DNA from: Vulcanimicrobiota bacterium
Lineage (GTDB): Bacteria; Vulcanimicrobiota; Vulcanimicrobiia; Vulcanimicrobiales; Vulcanimicrobiaceae
DNA length: 64,000 bases
Direction: 5' to 3'
Assembly: GCA_963777315.1 (NCBI GenBank)
Contig: CAVZQC010000001.1
Coordinates: 320,001 to 384,000 of the forward strand
This document shows positions 8,937 through 19,924 of this stretch, in pieces. A model generated the notes under the pieces. It did not search any database, was not told the DNA's origin, and saw only the letters and a list, made by a program, of their open reading frames with translations. Position numbers and translations under genes: made by a program. Positions within the stretch are counted from its first letter, which is position 1. Each line of letters opens with the position of its first letter.

Positions 8937-11559
8937 TTACACAGTAGCCGCGCCGTGGCACTTCTTGTATTTTTTGCCGCTGCCGCACGGGCAGGTCTCG
9001 TTGCGTCCGACTTTGGGCTGATCGCGGTGTGCGGGTTTGGCCGGTTCTTCGCCGTCGCGATTCGTATGCACGTTGCGCGCACGCGTGGGCGCGGCTTGCG
9101 GCAAGAGCTGCCCGCTGGGGATCGGCTCGAATGCCGGCGGTCCGGCCGGAACGGGCACAGGCGGCATGGGCTGCATCGATCCTTGGCCGTCTTCGCCCGG
9201 GGGCGGACCCTGCTCGATCACCACGCGGAAGACGCCTTTGATGGCCTCGTCGGCGATGTTGTTCTTGAGATCTTCAAAGATCTCGTACGCTTCTTTCTCG
9301 TACTCGACGCGCGGATCGATCTGTCCGTAGCCGCGAAGACCGATGCCGGTCTTGAGATGGTCCATTACGTACAGGTGGTCCACCCACATCCTATCGATGA
9401 TCGGCAAAAGCAGATAGCGCTGCTCGACGATGCGAAGAATTTCCGGTGAAACCTCCTGCTCCTTACGTTCGTACGCTTCGCGCGCGGCGCCCTGAAGCAT
9501 CCGGCGGATCTCTTCCCGATCTTTTTTCTCGAACGTCGAAACGTCCATGGTGGCGCGAATCGGAAAGATCAGCTCGAGCTCGGCAAGCATCTCCTCGAAA
9601 TCCCACTCGCTGGGATGAGCGTTCTCCGGCGCATTCTGCTGGACTGCGCTGTCCACTTTGGCCTGCAGCGTCTGCAGCATGAACTCGCGCGAATCGAACT
9701 GGCCGCCGAGGATCGCGCGCCGGTCCCCATAGATCACCTCGCGCTGTTTGTTCATGACGTCATCGTACTCGAGGACGTGTTTGCGAATCTCGTAGTTGTG
9801 CGCTTCAACCTTGCTCTGCGCGCGCTCGAGCGATTTGGTGACCAGCGGCGATTCAATGGGAGCCTCGTCGGTGAAGCCTACGCGCTCCATGATGTTGTTC
9901 ATGCGCTCGCCGCCGAACAGGCGCATCACCTCGTCTTCGAGCGAAACGTAAAACCGCGTCGACCCCGGGTCCCCTTGACGCCCGGCGCGACCGCGCAACT
10001 GATTGTCGATGCGGCGCGATTCGTGGCGTTCGGTGCCGATGATGTGCAGGCCGCCCTGGCCCGCAACGCCGTTGCCGAGCTTGATGTCCGTGCCGCGCCC
10101 GGCCATGTTGGTTGCGATCGTCACCTGTGCGGGCTGCCCTGCGTCTTTGATGATCTCGGCCTCCTGCGCGTGATACTTGGCATTGAGCACGTTGCACTCG
10201 ACACCTTGGCGGCGCAGGATGGCGGCGAGCATTTCGGATTTTTCAATCGATCGCGTACCGACCAAAACGGGGCGGCCCTTCCGGTGCTCGGCCAGAATGT
10301 CTTGAACGACCGAGTCGAACTTGGCTTTTTCCGATTTGTAGACGATGTCGGAAGCGTCTTTGCGCACCATCGGCATGTTCGTCGGGATCACGACCACGTC
10401 CAGGCCGTAGATGTCGCGAAATTCGCGTTCTTCGGTTTTGGCCGTACCCGTCATACCGGCGAGCCTATCGTACAAACGGAAGTAATTTTGAAACGTGATC
10501 GTGGCCAGCGTCTGGTCTTCGCTGCGCACTTTGATGCCTTCCTTGGCTTCAATGGCCTGATGGATGCCGTCGGAGTAACGCCGGCCGTACATCAACCGCC
10601 CGGTGAACTCGTCGACGATCACCACTTCGCCTTCCTTGATGATGTACTGCTGGTCGCGGTGGAACAGATTCCACGCTTTGAGCGCGGCGTTGAGCTGGTG
10701 CGTCGAGCTCGATATTGCGCTGCTCGTACAAGTTCTGGATGCCGAGCATCTTCTCGACCTTGGCCACGCCGGCTTCCGTAATCGGAACCGCATGCGCTTT
10801 CTCGTCGACGGTGTAGTCGTCGTCTTTTTTCAGACGTGGAATAATCTGCGCAAACTTCTCGTAAAGCTCGGTCGGCTCGGTGCCTTGGCCGCTGATGATG
10901 AGAGGCGTGCGCGCTTCGTCGATGAGGATGGAGTCGACTTCGTCGACGAGCGCGAAATAGAGATCGCGCTGCACCATGTCTTCGACTTGCCAGGCCATGT
11001 TGTCGCGCAGGTAGTCGAATCCGACTTCGTTGTTGGTTACGTAGGTAACGTCGCAATTGTACGCGGCGCGCCGCTGCGCGGGCTCGAGATCGTGCTGAAT
11101 GACGCCGACCGTCAGACCAAGGGCCGTGTAGATGGGCGACATCCATTCGGCGTCGCGGCGCGCGAGATAGTCATTGACCGTGACGACGTGCACGCCCCGG
11201 CTTTCAAGGGCGCGAGCGTATACGGGCAGCGTAGCCACCAGCGTCTTACCTTCGCCGGTCTTCATCTCGGCGATGCGGCCTTCGTACAATACCTGACCGC
11301 CCATGATCTGCACGTCGAAGTGACGCATGCCCAAAGTGCGCACGCCGGCCTCGCGCACCACCGCGAATACTTCGGGCAGCATCGCATCGATGTCTTCGCC
11401 GGCTGCGAGCCGTTGGCGAAACTCCGCCGTTTTGGCGGCAAGCTGTTCGTCGTCGAGAGCGTGGATTTGCGTTTCGAGCGCGTTGACTTTCTCAACGGTG
11501 CGCCGCAGTCGGGCGATTTCTCGCTCGTTGCCGTCGAAAAGCGTTTTCAGGAATGCCAT
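8937..11559 (-). CDS. secA: Preprotein translocase ATPase SecA; one-base frameshift at about 10705
   Basis: [53 protein letters not shown]-terminal [13 protein letters not shown]. The frames join as [14 protein letters not shown]. Confidence 0.97.
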
Positions 11560-11595
11560 ATCTTGCTACATACCGTTCGTCGGGACAGACAGTTG

Positions 11596-13647
11596 CTACT
11601 TCGCAGACAGGGGAAGCGTAACCGTGAAGGTGCTCCCTTCCCCCTCTTGCGACTGCACGGCGATGCTGCCGCCGTGCACTTCGACGATCTTGCGGCTCAC
11701 GTACAAGCCGACGCCCGAGCCCGAGATGCCCTTGCGCCGCGCGTTGCTGGCCCGTCCGAATCGCGCGAAAACCGCGCCCAGTTCCGGCTGCGGAATGCCG
11801 ATTCCCCGGTCCTGAATTGCAATGGCGGCATTCGCGCCGCCGGAGCTGAGATTCACGAGGACTTCATCCTGCGAATATTTGAGCGCATTCATCAGCAGAT
11901 TGTCGAGCACGTGATTAAACCGCGCGGCATCGAGCCACAGGAAGATCGGTTCTGCCGGGACCGTAAGCCGAATGCGCTCCTCGCCCCGGTTGTGGGCTTT
12001 GACGCTCTGCGCGACGATCTCTCGCAAATCCAGCAGCGCGCGATCAAGCGAAAACCCGCCGGCCTGCGTTTGCGCCAGCGCGACGGCGTCTTCGGAAAGC
12101 CGAACGAGCCGTTTGGTTTGGGAGTAGATCGTTTCGAGCTCTTCGCGAACCTGCGCCGGCGCGCTTTCCAGCAGCAATTCGCAATATCCCAAAATGACCG
12201 TCAGCGGTCCCTTGAAATCGTGCGCGAGCATCGCGAGCAGATCGTCCTTGAATTCGTTGCTTTCCGAGAGCGCGCGCGCCAATTGCTGGATCCGCTCGAA
12301 ACCCAGCGCTCCGGCCAGGGCGAGTTCCAAGTGCGAAGCGAGCATGTGGAAGTACAGCCGCCGCTCGGAATCGGTCCAATCGTACGTGCCGGCCGGCGCA
12401 ACGAAGGCGAGGAACCCCCACAGATTTCCATCGATCCGCAGCGACGCGAGCAACCCTTCGTTCGGCCCGAAAACCGGCTCGCGCACCGAGCGGTCCAGTG
12501 CCGAACTGGGCGTGACGTCGCCGCGTTCGAGCAAGGGAGAGATGCGGGCGGCTTCCACGCGCTCGGGCACGCCGTCGCGCGCGGATTCGACCGTGCGCAC
12601 GGCGCGCCGCATGGCCCAGCCGCCTTCGAGTTCGTACGCCGCGCACGTGAGTTTGACTTCGTGCGATACGGTAACGGCGAACACGAGCAGCACTTCTTCG
12701 ATCGTTTGCGTGTCGCGCAGCATGCGAACGACTCGTTCGAGCGACTCCGCGCGCGCGCGCCGCAGGCGCTCCACGTCGTACAGCTGCACGTTTGCCAGCG
12801 CGAGGCCCACGTGCGAGCCGACCGAACGCAGCATGACCATGTCGATTTCGTCAAATGCCTCGGGCAGGGCAAAATGCAGCGCGATCGCATGCTCTACGCG
12901 CCCGTCAATAAAAAGCGGCACTATCAGCGCGGACGCCGCTTCCGTCGCGCGCAGAAATGCGTCGCGCGGATCGTCCTGCGTGGTGCGCTCGCGGCTTACG
13001 ACCGAGCCCGCGAACGCGCGCTCGAGCCACGTTTGCGAAAGTTTCACCGAAGGCGGTAGGGGCTTTTTGACCTGAGCGGACTCCGCAACGGCAAGCACGC
13101 GCGCCAGATCCGCGCCGGCAGGATCGCGCCCGAAGACTACGCAGCGCGCCGCTGCAAACGAACGCCGCACGTCCTCGACGACCGACTCGAGGATGCTCTG
13201 GCGGTCGAGCGACTTGCGCGCCTGCTCGTTGATCTGCGCGAGCAGAGCGCTTTGTTTGGCTTCGCGCTCCGCGGCGGTGACTTCGCGTTCGTGCGCTATC
13301 ATCCAAGCGGCGATATCGCCGAAGGTGCGCAGCTCGCGAAGCGCGCGGTCTTCGAGTTGACCCGCCGTGTCGAACACCAAAGCGCCCACGGGACCGTCGA
13401 TCGTTTCCAGCGGAACGATCAGCACGTCGGCGTCGGTGTGATACTGGGCTACCGGAGCCAGCGCGCGCTGCGACGCATGCGGCACGTAATAGCATCCGCA
13501 CGCGGCGAATTTCGTGAGCGTGGGAAAAAACAACCGCCGCAGTCCGCGAGTGTCCTCGCGCAGTGCGAAACCCGGACCGGGCGGCACGACGGCATAGCGG
13601 CAGCGGTCGTCCCCGAACACCATCACCGTCACGCGCGTGCAGCCCAC
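11596..13647 (-). CDS. Cytoplasmic multi-GAF sensor histidine kinase (true start may lie about 110 nt upstream)
   Basis: H-box LAHDFKGPLT, N-box NLLMNALKYS, G1 DRGIGI, G2 GSGVGL, GAF-like segments, no TM. Confidence 0.9.
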   Translation of the reverse strand: MGCTRVTVMVFGDDRCRYAVVPPGPGFALREDTRGLRRLFFPTLTKFAACGCYYVPHASQRALAPVAQYHTDADVLIVPLETIDGPVGALVFDTAGQLEDRALRELRTFGDIAAWMIAHEREVTAAEREAKQSALLAQINEQARKSLDRQSILESVVEDVRRSFAAARCVVFGRDPAGADLARVLAVAESAQVKKPLPPSVKLSQTWLERAFAGSVVSRERTTQDDPRDAFLRATEAASALIVPLFIDGRVEHAIALHFALPEAFDEIDMVMLRSVGSHVGLALANVQLYDVERLRRARAESLERVVRMLRDTQTIEEVLLVFAVTVSHEVKLTCAAYELEGGWAMRRAVRTVESARDGVPERVEAARISPLLERGDVTPSSALDRSVREPVFGPNEGLLASLRIDGNLWGFLAFVAPAGTYDWTDSERRLYFHMLASHLELALAGALGFERIQQLARALSESNEFKDDLLAMLAHDFKGPLTVILGYCELLLESAPAQVREELETIYSQTKRLVRLSEDAVALAQTQAGGFSLDRALLDLREIVAQSVKAHNRGEERIRLTVPAEPIFLWLDAARFNHVLDNLLMNALKYSQDEVLVNLSSGGANAAIAIQDRGIGIPQPELGAVFARFGRASNARRKGISGSGVGLYVSRKIVEVHGGSIAVQSQEGEGSTFTVTLPLSAK

Positions 13648-13757
13648 CGTGGCGTAAGCGGCTTGCGCCAGCGCGCGGCACTTGTCTTCAAGACAAGAGA
13701 GCGCCGGCAGCCGCGCGAGCAGCGCGAACCGGTCCGGCGTCGTTTGCGGCGGCCGCT

Positions 13758-14876
13758 CTACGGCGATAGCGCCAACCCCATCGCGCTTCCAGGCGGCAGC
13801 ACCAGCACTGTGGTGGGCGCTACCGTGCCGTACGCACCCGCGTGAAAGATCATGAGCTTACTGTTGGAATTGGGGCCCAGTCCCGCATCCACGACGTACA
13901 CGTTTCCCGCCGTATCGACCTTGACGTCGGTGGGATCGACGAACGCCGGATTTTGGCTGACGATCGTGTGGGAGGGAGCGATGTTTTGCAAACCGGCACC
14001 CAGCGGTGCGTCAAAAATCAAAACCTTCGGTGCTGCACCTGCCGCCGCGCTTCCGGCATCGGCGACGTAGAGGTTGCCCGAACCGTCGAGCGCGATGCCC
14101 AGCGGGGCAACGAGCTGCGTTGCGGGACCTGCAATCGTGGTGGACGGCGCAAGGTTCGTGGCCGGCGCGGGAGTGGGCGATGGCGAGATGCTCGGGGAAA
14201 CGGTCGGAGACGGCGTGGGCGAGGGTGAAGGCGAGGTGGACGGCGTGGCCGACGGCAACGCATACACCGTCAGCGACGCGCCGGCGTTGTTGGCAACGTA
14301 CACTTTGTTCTTTGAATCGATGGCCAGACCCGTCGGTACGTTCAGGCCCGTGTTGCTGCCCGCGATGGTCGAGTTCAGCCCCACCGTCGAATACACCGAA
14401 AGAAAATTGGCGTAAAAGCCGCCGGACTGCGTTGCGGCGACGGCGTAGCCCGAGCCGTCCGGGAAAGCCGCTATACCGCGCGCGTGTACCGTACCGGTGA
14501 GAGGTATGGAGTCGTACGGCAGCACGTTCCCCGTCGCAAACGTCTGAAATTCCAAGATCGACGACGTCCCGGCGGCCGGATTGTAATTGGTAACGAACAA
14601 ATGCTTTTGGTTGTCGAAAGCTGGGTACTGCGGCCCGCTGATCGTCGTGTTCGAGCCGCCGATCACGTATTGCGGTGTTGCGCTCGGTCCCGGTGAGGGC
14701 GTGAAAATCTCCACGACCTGCTGCGTCGTGTTCGTCACGTAAATCGTATTGGTGACGAAGTTCGGCCCTTGGCCCGGAATGCCGCCGCTCGAGGGAGTGG
14801 CCGACGAGGAGCTGCAGGCCGCAACCGCGGCGGTGCAGGCAAGCAGAAAGAATCCGAGGGTCAGGCGACGCAGCAT
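13758..14876 (-). CDS. NHL-repeat beta-propeller lipoprotein
   Basis: AAGGAG RBS, lipobox AVAAC, repeated P.G.A.D..G.LYVAD/N blades, internal Pro/Ser/Thr linker. Confidence 0.8.
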   Translation of the reverse strand: MLRRLTLGFFLLACTAAVAACSSSSATPSSGGIPGQGPNFVTNTIYVTNTTQQVVEIFTPSPGPSATPQYVIGGSNTTISGPQYPAFDNQKHLFVTNYNPAAGTSSILEFQTFATGNVLPYDSIPLTGTVHARGIAAFPDGSGYAVAATQSGGFYANFLSVYSTVGLNSTIAGSNTGLNVPTGLAIDSKNKVYVANNAGASLTVYALPSATPSTSPSPSPTPSPTVSPSISPSPTPAPATNLAPSTTIAGPATQLVAPLGIALDGSGNLYVADAGSAAAGAAPKVLIFDAPLGAGLQNIAPSHTIVSQNPAFVDPTDVKVDTAGNVYVVDAGLGPNSNSKLMIFHAGAYGTVAPTTVLVLPPGSAMGLALSP

Positions 14877-14953
14877 GGGTACTCCTTGGGGATGCTCCGG
14901 CGGTGGAGGCGCCGTGGAAGAAAGCTCGGTTGCCAGGATACACGCACGGCGGA

Positions 14954-15109
14954 TCACTTTCCTGGGACGCCGCGCGCGAGGTGCCCCCAGCCCGCAAACG
15001 CAGCGATGAGCAGTATCGCGACCACGATTGCGATCAGCACGGTGATAATCACGATTCGCCGGACGTATCGCGGGCGGCTCGACTGCGTGTCGATAATCTG
15101 CCTGGGCAT
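14954..15109 (-). CDS. Small single-TM protein (51 aa)
   Basis: MPRQIIDTQSSRPRYVRRIVIITVLIAIVVAILLIAAFAGWG..., AAGGAG upstream, co-oriented in the operon. Confidence 0.6.
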   Translation of the reverse strand: MPRQIIDTQSSRPRYVRRIVIITVLIAIVVAILLIAAFAGWGHLARGVPGK

Positions 15110-15129
15110 TGCGACCAGATTCTCCTTTT

Positions 15130-15951
15130 TTAAACGGCGTGCTTTGCCGGATGGTTCAATTCGGCCGGCCTGACTTGGGCGAGCAGTTGCCCGACGGTCA
15201 CGAAACGGTAGCCGTGGGCGCGGAATTTCGAGACGACGCCGGCCAGCATTTGAATAGTGGCCAGTTTCCCGCTGTGAAGGAGCACGATCTCGGGTGCGGT
15301 CGCGTGCCGTTCCAAATGGTCGGCCAAGCTCTGCGGGGTAACCGTGCGCCAGTCGCCGGCGTCGTCCGTCCACAGCACCGTCTTGTACCCCAAGGATTGC
15401 GCGATCTCGACGGTCTGGACGGTGTAACGCCCATGGGGCGGCCGAAAGAGATCCAGCACCGACGGATCGTGAACCAGATCGTACAGCGCCCGCCGGCCGC
15501 GCAAAATCTCCGAGCGCACCTGCGCCGGGCTTTCACGATCCAGGTCCGGATGCGTGTAGGTGTGATCGGCCACTTCGTTGCCGCCCAGTTCGATGCGTTG
15601 CGCGAGTTCGGGCCATTGCTGCGCGTCGCGGCCGATCAAAAAGAAGGTCGCATGCACGTTCAGGCGCGCGAGTTCGGCGAGCAAAAGCGGCGTGAAGACC
15701 GGATACGGTCCGTCGTCGAACGTGAGCGCGATCAGCTTGGGACGGTCCGAGCGGTCCCCGTACGTCACGCGTTCCTTGAACATGCGCTTGATGTGGCCGC
15801 CCACGGAGGGCGAGATCGCCTGCTGCGCATCCATCCTGGGCGTAACGATTGCGGGCTGAATGCGGCTCTCGTGCGCAAAGCCGCGATAGCCCAGATACGC
15901 GAGCACCGCGCATGCCGCGCACGCGACGAGGATGCGTCGATTGGGGTTCAC
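15130..15951 (-). CDS. Polysaccharide/peptidoglycan deacetylase (CE4, NodB domain)
   Basis: ALTFDDGP, HTYTHPDL, FRPPHG, IVLLH. Confidence 0.93.
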   Translation of the reverse strand: MNPNRRILVACAACAVLAYLGYRGFAHESRIQPAIVTPRMDAQQAISPSVGGHIKRMFKERVTYGDRSDRPKLIALTFDDGPYPVFTPLLLAELARLNVHATFFLIGRDAQQWPELAQRIELGGNEVADHTYTHPDLDRESPAQVRSEILRGRRALYDLVHDPSVLDLFRPPHGRYTVQTVEIAQSLGYKTVLWTDDAGDWRTVTPQSLADHLERHATAPEIVLLHSGKLATIQMLAGVVSKFRAHGYRFVTVGQLLAQVRPAELNHPAKHAV

Positions 15952-17291
15952 GGCGCCGAAGCTTGCGTGGTCAACGCAGCGGCGACGTCTTGCCCGACCA
16001 CGACCGTTACGTCGCTCGCCGCCGAGCCCGCGGGTGAAGGCGAGGGCGTCTGGGAATCGTCGATCACGCGCGCCGATTGCGCCGCCTTTCCGAGCGCCTC
16101 ACGGACTCTGACGCCCGCGTACGCGATGCTCGAGTGCTCGTGCAGTTCCGTCGTTGCGACGTCGGAGCTTTGCGCGTTGCTCACGCTGCCGATCGTGAAT
16201 CCCTGCTTACGCAGCATGGATGCGACGCGGCGCGCGAGACCGGGAATCGCCGTCCCGTTCTCGACGTCCACCCGCACGGAGTTGGGCGCGATGGCAGCCA
16301 CTGCGCTCGCATCCGGCGCGGGCGTAGGCACGGGCGGATCGATCAGCATGTTTTCGACGAGCTGCGCTTTCTTGGCTTCGTCCGGAATGAGCACTTCACC
16401 GCCGTCGGCGGCGATTTTGGTGTCGACGTACGGTATTTTGTCGGTATGCAGTCCGTTTTTGGGCATGCGTGCAAACTCGGTCGCCAAGCTGATTTCTTCC
16501 TGACGAGTGAAATTCGTCTGCACGTCTCGCGAAAACACGGCGATGAGATCGTTGAGATGCACCAGCGTGTTGAATTTATCGCTGCGGATCTTGTTGAGCG
16601 CGGCCTGCATGACTTGATCCTGGCGCATGATGCGGCACGGATCGCTGCACCAATCGTGGCGGAACCGGGCATAGCTGACGGCCTGGTCGCCGTTCATGTG
16701 CTGCATGCCGGGTTTGAAGTGAATGTGCAGATGTCCCCATGTGTCGTCGTAGTCGATGGGGCCGTTGGGCCCCGTGTGCATCAACGCATCGGAGTTCTTG
16801 GGATCGATCTCTATGCCGCCGATGGCGTTGATGAGGTCTTTCGTGGTGTTGATGCGGAGCAGCACGTACCTGTCGAAGCCCGAGATGCCCAGCCATTTTG
16901 CGATGACGGCCTGGGCTTCGCGAACGCCGCCTTCGGCCTGCGCCTGATTGATCTTCGTTTCTTCGCCGTTGGGCAGCACCGCGTCCATGTCGCGCGGAAC
17001 CGACAGCACGTATACGTTGTCGGTGCGAAAGTCCAACGTTATGGCCTTGATGACGTCGCTGCGCGACTTGGTCGAATATTCTTCGTCCTTGTCCGTGTAG
17101 TCGTAATCCAAACCTTCGGCCAAAACCAGAATGCGGTTTTTGCGGAAGAGTTCTTGCGGCGCGGGCGTGAGACGCCCGGCCATGATGTCCAATGGCGAGC
17201 GCTTGAGCGCAACGGAGAAGCCCGCGACGACGGCTAGGAAACCGACGACTACCAGACCCAAAACGATCAGCGCAATGCCACGCCTATCCAA
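15948..17291 (-). CDS. LCP (LytR-CpsA-Psr) family protein with C-terminal LytR_C domain
   Basis: N-terminal TM, RSDVI, SVPRD, KINQA, YARFRH, RIMRQ; C-terminal VDVENGTAIPGLA...VTVVVGQD. Confidence 0.92.
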   Translation of the reverse strand: MDRRGIALIVLGLVVVGFLAVVAGFSVALKRSPLDIMAGRLTPAPQELFRKNRILVLAEGLDYDYTDKDEEYSTKSRSDVIKAITLDFRTDNVYVLSVPRDMDAVLPNGEETKINQAQAEGGVREAQAVIAKWLGISGFDRYVLLRINTTKDLINAIGGIEIDPKNSDALMHTGPNGPIDYDDTWGHLHIHFKPGMQHMNGDQAVSYARFRHDWCSDPCRIMRQDQVMQAALNKIRSDKFNTLVHLNDLIAVFSRDVQTNFTRQEEISLATEFARMPKNGLHTDKIPYVDTKIAADGGEVLIPDEAKKAQLVENMLIDPPVPTPAPDASAVAAIAPNSVRVDVENGTAIPGLARRVASMLRKQGFTIGSVSNAQSSDVATTELHEHSSIAYAGVRVREALGKAAQSARVIDDSQTPSPSPAGSAASDVTVVVGQDVAAALTTQASAP

Positions 17292-18663
17292 CGGCAGCGT
17301 CCTTTGCCGGCGCCGTGCCGTAAAAATCGAAGGGACCGCTGCCCTCGAGCGTTACCGTCGCAAACTCTCCGGAGCAAGCGTCGCCCGTGAAATAGATCCC
17401 GCCGTCGACGCCGGGCGCTTCTCCCATCGAACGCCCGAACCAGGGACGGGAGGTCCCGAGCGCGGTGCGGATACGGTCGTCGCGGCGTAAGGTTCGGCGG
17501 TCTTCGACCAGTACGCGGACGCTTGCGCCCACGCGTGCGGCACGCCCGTGCTCAGCCGCCTTGCGCTGTGCTTCGCGCAAGCGAATCAGCCGACGGCGCT
17601 TTTGCGCCGCAGCGACTTGCCCGCTCAGCTCCGCACCAGGCGTATCTTCTTCGCGGCTATATGCAAAAAAACCGACGCGGTCGAGCTGTGCGCGCGCGAG
17701 CCATTCCTCTAAGTACTCAACGTGTTCTGAGGTCTCGCCGGGAAAGCCGACGATGAACGTCGAGCGCATCGTAATGCCGGGAATACGCCGGCGGAAGTCC
17801 TGCAATATCTCCAGGTACCGCTCGCCGTTGCCGGGACGGCGCATCGCCCGCAGAACTTGCGGATGCGCGTGCTGGAGCGGCATGTCCATGTACTTGCACA
17901 CTTTAGGCAACTGCGCCATCGCGTCGATCAGATGCCGGTCCACCGTTGCCGGATACAGGTACAGCAGGCGAATCCACTCGACGGTTTCGATCTCCGAAAT
18001 CCGCTCGAGCAGATGCGCCAAACCGCCTTGCCGAACGCCGCGGTCCCGGGCCCACATCGAGGTATCCTGTGCGATGAGAATCAGCTCTTTCGCGCCGCCC
18101 TGCGCCAAAGCGCGCGCTTCCTTTAAAATCGATTCTTCACTGCGGCTGCGAAAAGCGCCGCGCAGTTGCGGAATGATGCAAAACGTGCACGGATGATCGC
18201 AGCCCTCGGCGATCTTCAAATACGCGCTTGCACGCGGAGTCGTTACCAAACGCGGCAAAAAGTCGTGTTCGGGTTCGCGGTCCAAGTGCAGGCGGACCGG
18301 GTGATGTCCCGCGCGTGCATCCTCGAGCAATTCCGCGATGCCGGCATACGCGCCGGTACCGACGACTCCGTCGATTTCCGGAATCAGGGCCTGCAGTTGC
18401 TCGCCGTAACGCTGGGCCAGGCAACCGGCTACGATCAGCAGCTGGCCGGGTCGTTTGCGCGCGGCCTGCTCCATAATCGCATCGGTTGACTCGGCCTTGG
18501 CCGGGTCGATGAACGCGCAGGTGTTCACGACGACGGCGTCCGCATCGCCGGCATCGCCCGTCAGCTCCCATCCGCGCGCGCCGAGCTGCGCGATCATCAC
18601 CTCGGTGTCGACCAAATTCTTCGCACATCCCAGCGAAACGAACGAGACTTTCGCGCGCAACAC
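17284..18663 (-). CDS. rimO: Ribosomal protein S12 methylthiotransferase RimO
   Basis: SLGCAKNLVDTE, NTCAFI, AGCLAQRY, YLKIAEGCDHPCTFCIIP, C-terminal APGVDG TRAM. Confidence 0.95.
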   Translation of the reverse strand: MLRAKVSFVSLGCAKNLVDTEVMIAQLGARGWELTGDAGDADAVVVNTCAFIDPAKAESTDAIMEQAARKRPGQLLIVAGCLAQRYGEQLQALIPEIDGVVGTGAYAGIAELLEDARAGHHPVRLHLDREPEHDFLPRLVTTPRASAYLKIAEGCDHPCTFCIIPQLRGAFRSRSEESILKEARALAQGGAKELILIAQDTSMWARDRGVRQGGLAHLLERISEIETVEWIRLLYLYPATVDRHLIDAMAQLPKVCKYMDMPLQHAHPQVLRAMRRPGNGERYLEILQDFRRRIPGITMRSTFIVGFPGETSEHVEYLEEWLARAQLDRVGFFAYSREEDTPGAELSGQVAAAQKRRRLIRLREAQRKAAEHGRAARVGASVRVLVEDRRTLRRDDRIRTALGTSRPWFGRSMGEAPGVDGGIYFTGDACSGEFATVTLEGSGPFDFYGTAPAKDAAVG

Positions 18664-19157
18664 TAGCGGTAGTTCACGAACTGCAGGGGAAGTTCGTATT
18701 CCATCGCTTTGAGATGAGCGATCACTTTCTGCAGATCGTCGCGGCTCTTGCCCGAGACGCGGATTTGTTCGTCCTGGTACTGCGCGTTGACTTTGAGCTT
18801 CAGGCCCTTGACCGCCTCGATCAGCGGCTTGCTCTTGTCTTTTGGGATGCCGCTTCGCACTTCGATCGTTTGCCGGACGCAATCGCCTGCGGCGGGCTCA
18901 ACCTTGCCGAAGTCGAAAGCTTTGACGTCGATTCCGCGTTTGACGGCTCTGGACGTAACGATGTCCATGACGTTCTTGAGCTTGAGCTCGTCGTCGGAAA
19001 GCACCACGATCTTCCCCTTGCCGTCGTAATCTATTTCGGTCTTGCTGTGTTTGAAGTCGAAGCGGCCCCCAATCTCTTTGCGCGCCTGGTTGAGCGCGTT
19101 GTCGAGTTCCTGCTGATCCACTTTGGACACAACGTCAAAGGACGCATCGCTGGGCAC
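18663..19157 (-). CDS. yajQ: YajQ family nucleotide (c-di-GMP)-binding protein
   Basis: SFDVVSKVD.QE..NA.NQA.KEI..RFDFK...IRVSGKSRDDLQ. Confidence 0.95.
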   Translation of the reverse strand: MPSDASFDVVSKVDQQELDNALNQARKEIGGRFDFKHSKTEIDYDGKGKIVVLSDDELKLKNVMDIVTSRAVKRGIDVKAFDFGKVEPAAGDCVRQTIEVRSGIPKDKSKPLIEAVKGLKLKVNAQYQDEQIRVSGKSRDDLQKVIAHLKAMEYELPLQFVNYR

Positions 19158-19166
19158 GGGCCGCTC

Positions 19167-19875
19167 CTACAATGAAAACGATTTCTCGACGACGTCACCG
19201 GCGGCGCCGAGCTTGCCGACAGTTTTTCCATCGACCGCAATCTGCACTCCGCCGGCATTTCCAACGCGGATCAGCGCGGATTTGCCGTGGAACGTTTTGG
19301 TCGTCCCGGCCGGAAACGTACCCTCAATACTAACATTGCCGTCAACGGTGACCCTGAGCCAAGACGGCGCGGTCAGATGAACGACAAGCGTGCGCCTTTG
19401 CGGGCGGGCGGTCGGAATGACGCTGGGCGACACAGCCGCTTGCCGGGACGCAAGCGCCGAGGCCGTTGGAACGCCCCCTGCCAAGGGGCTGGTCTTCGGC
19501 GGCGACACGTACAGATAAATTACGAACCCGATGAGCGCCAAGGCCACGGCTCCGGCAATCCACAGCAGCGGCGCCAAGCTGCGCGGTTCGCGATAAGGTT
19601 GACCGACGGGCGTTCCCGGCGAGGACGCAGTCACAGACTGAGCGCTGCCCGAGGCCGTATTGTACTCGGCAACCGCCTGCTCGGGATCGACGCCCAAAAA
19701 ACGGGCGTAGGTTCGCAAAAAGCCCCGCGTGTAGACGGGTGCTCCAATCGCCTTCCAGTTTTCGTCCTCTATCGCCGCCAAGTACACCGAGCGGATTCGC
19801 AGTCTGCTCGGAGACTTCGGAAAGCGTCAGCCCGCGCTCTTCTCTCGCGGCCCGAAAACGTTCTCCCAGCGACAT
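19167..19875 (-). CDS. rodZ: RodZ-like HTH/TM/DUF4115 cell-shape protein; one-base frameshift at about 19803
   Basis: [47 protein letters not shown]...VGNAGGV. Removing T19803 gives [10 protein letters not shown]. Confidence 0.88.
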
Positions 19876-19924
19876 TGGGGCTTGGTGTTTGCGCCGCTCT
19901 GCTGTTATCCTGTCCAACGGAGCA

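Noticed and set aside
14160..14255. Short imperfect repeats suggesting an array
   Set aside because: They encode a Pro/Ser/Thr linker (PSPSPTPSP) of the NHL lipoprotein. There is no repeat-spacer structure and no cas genes.
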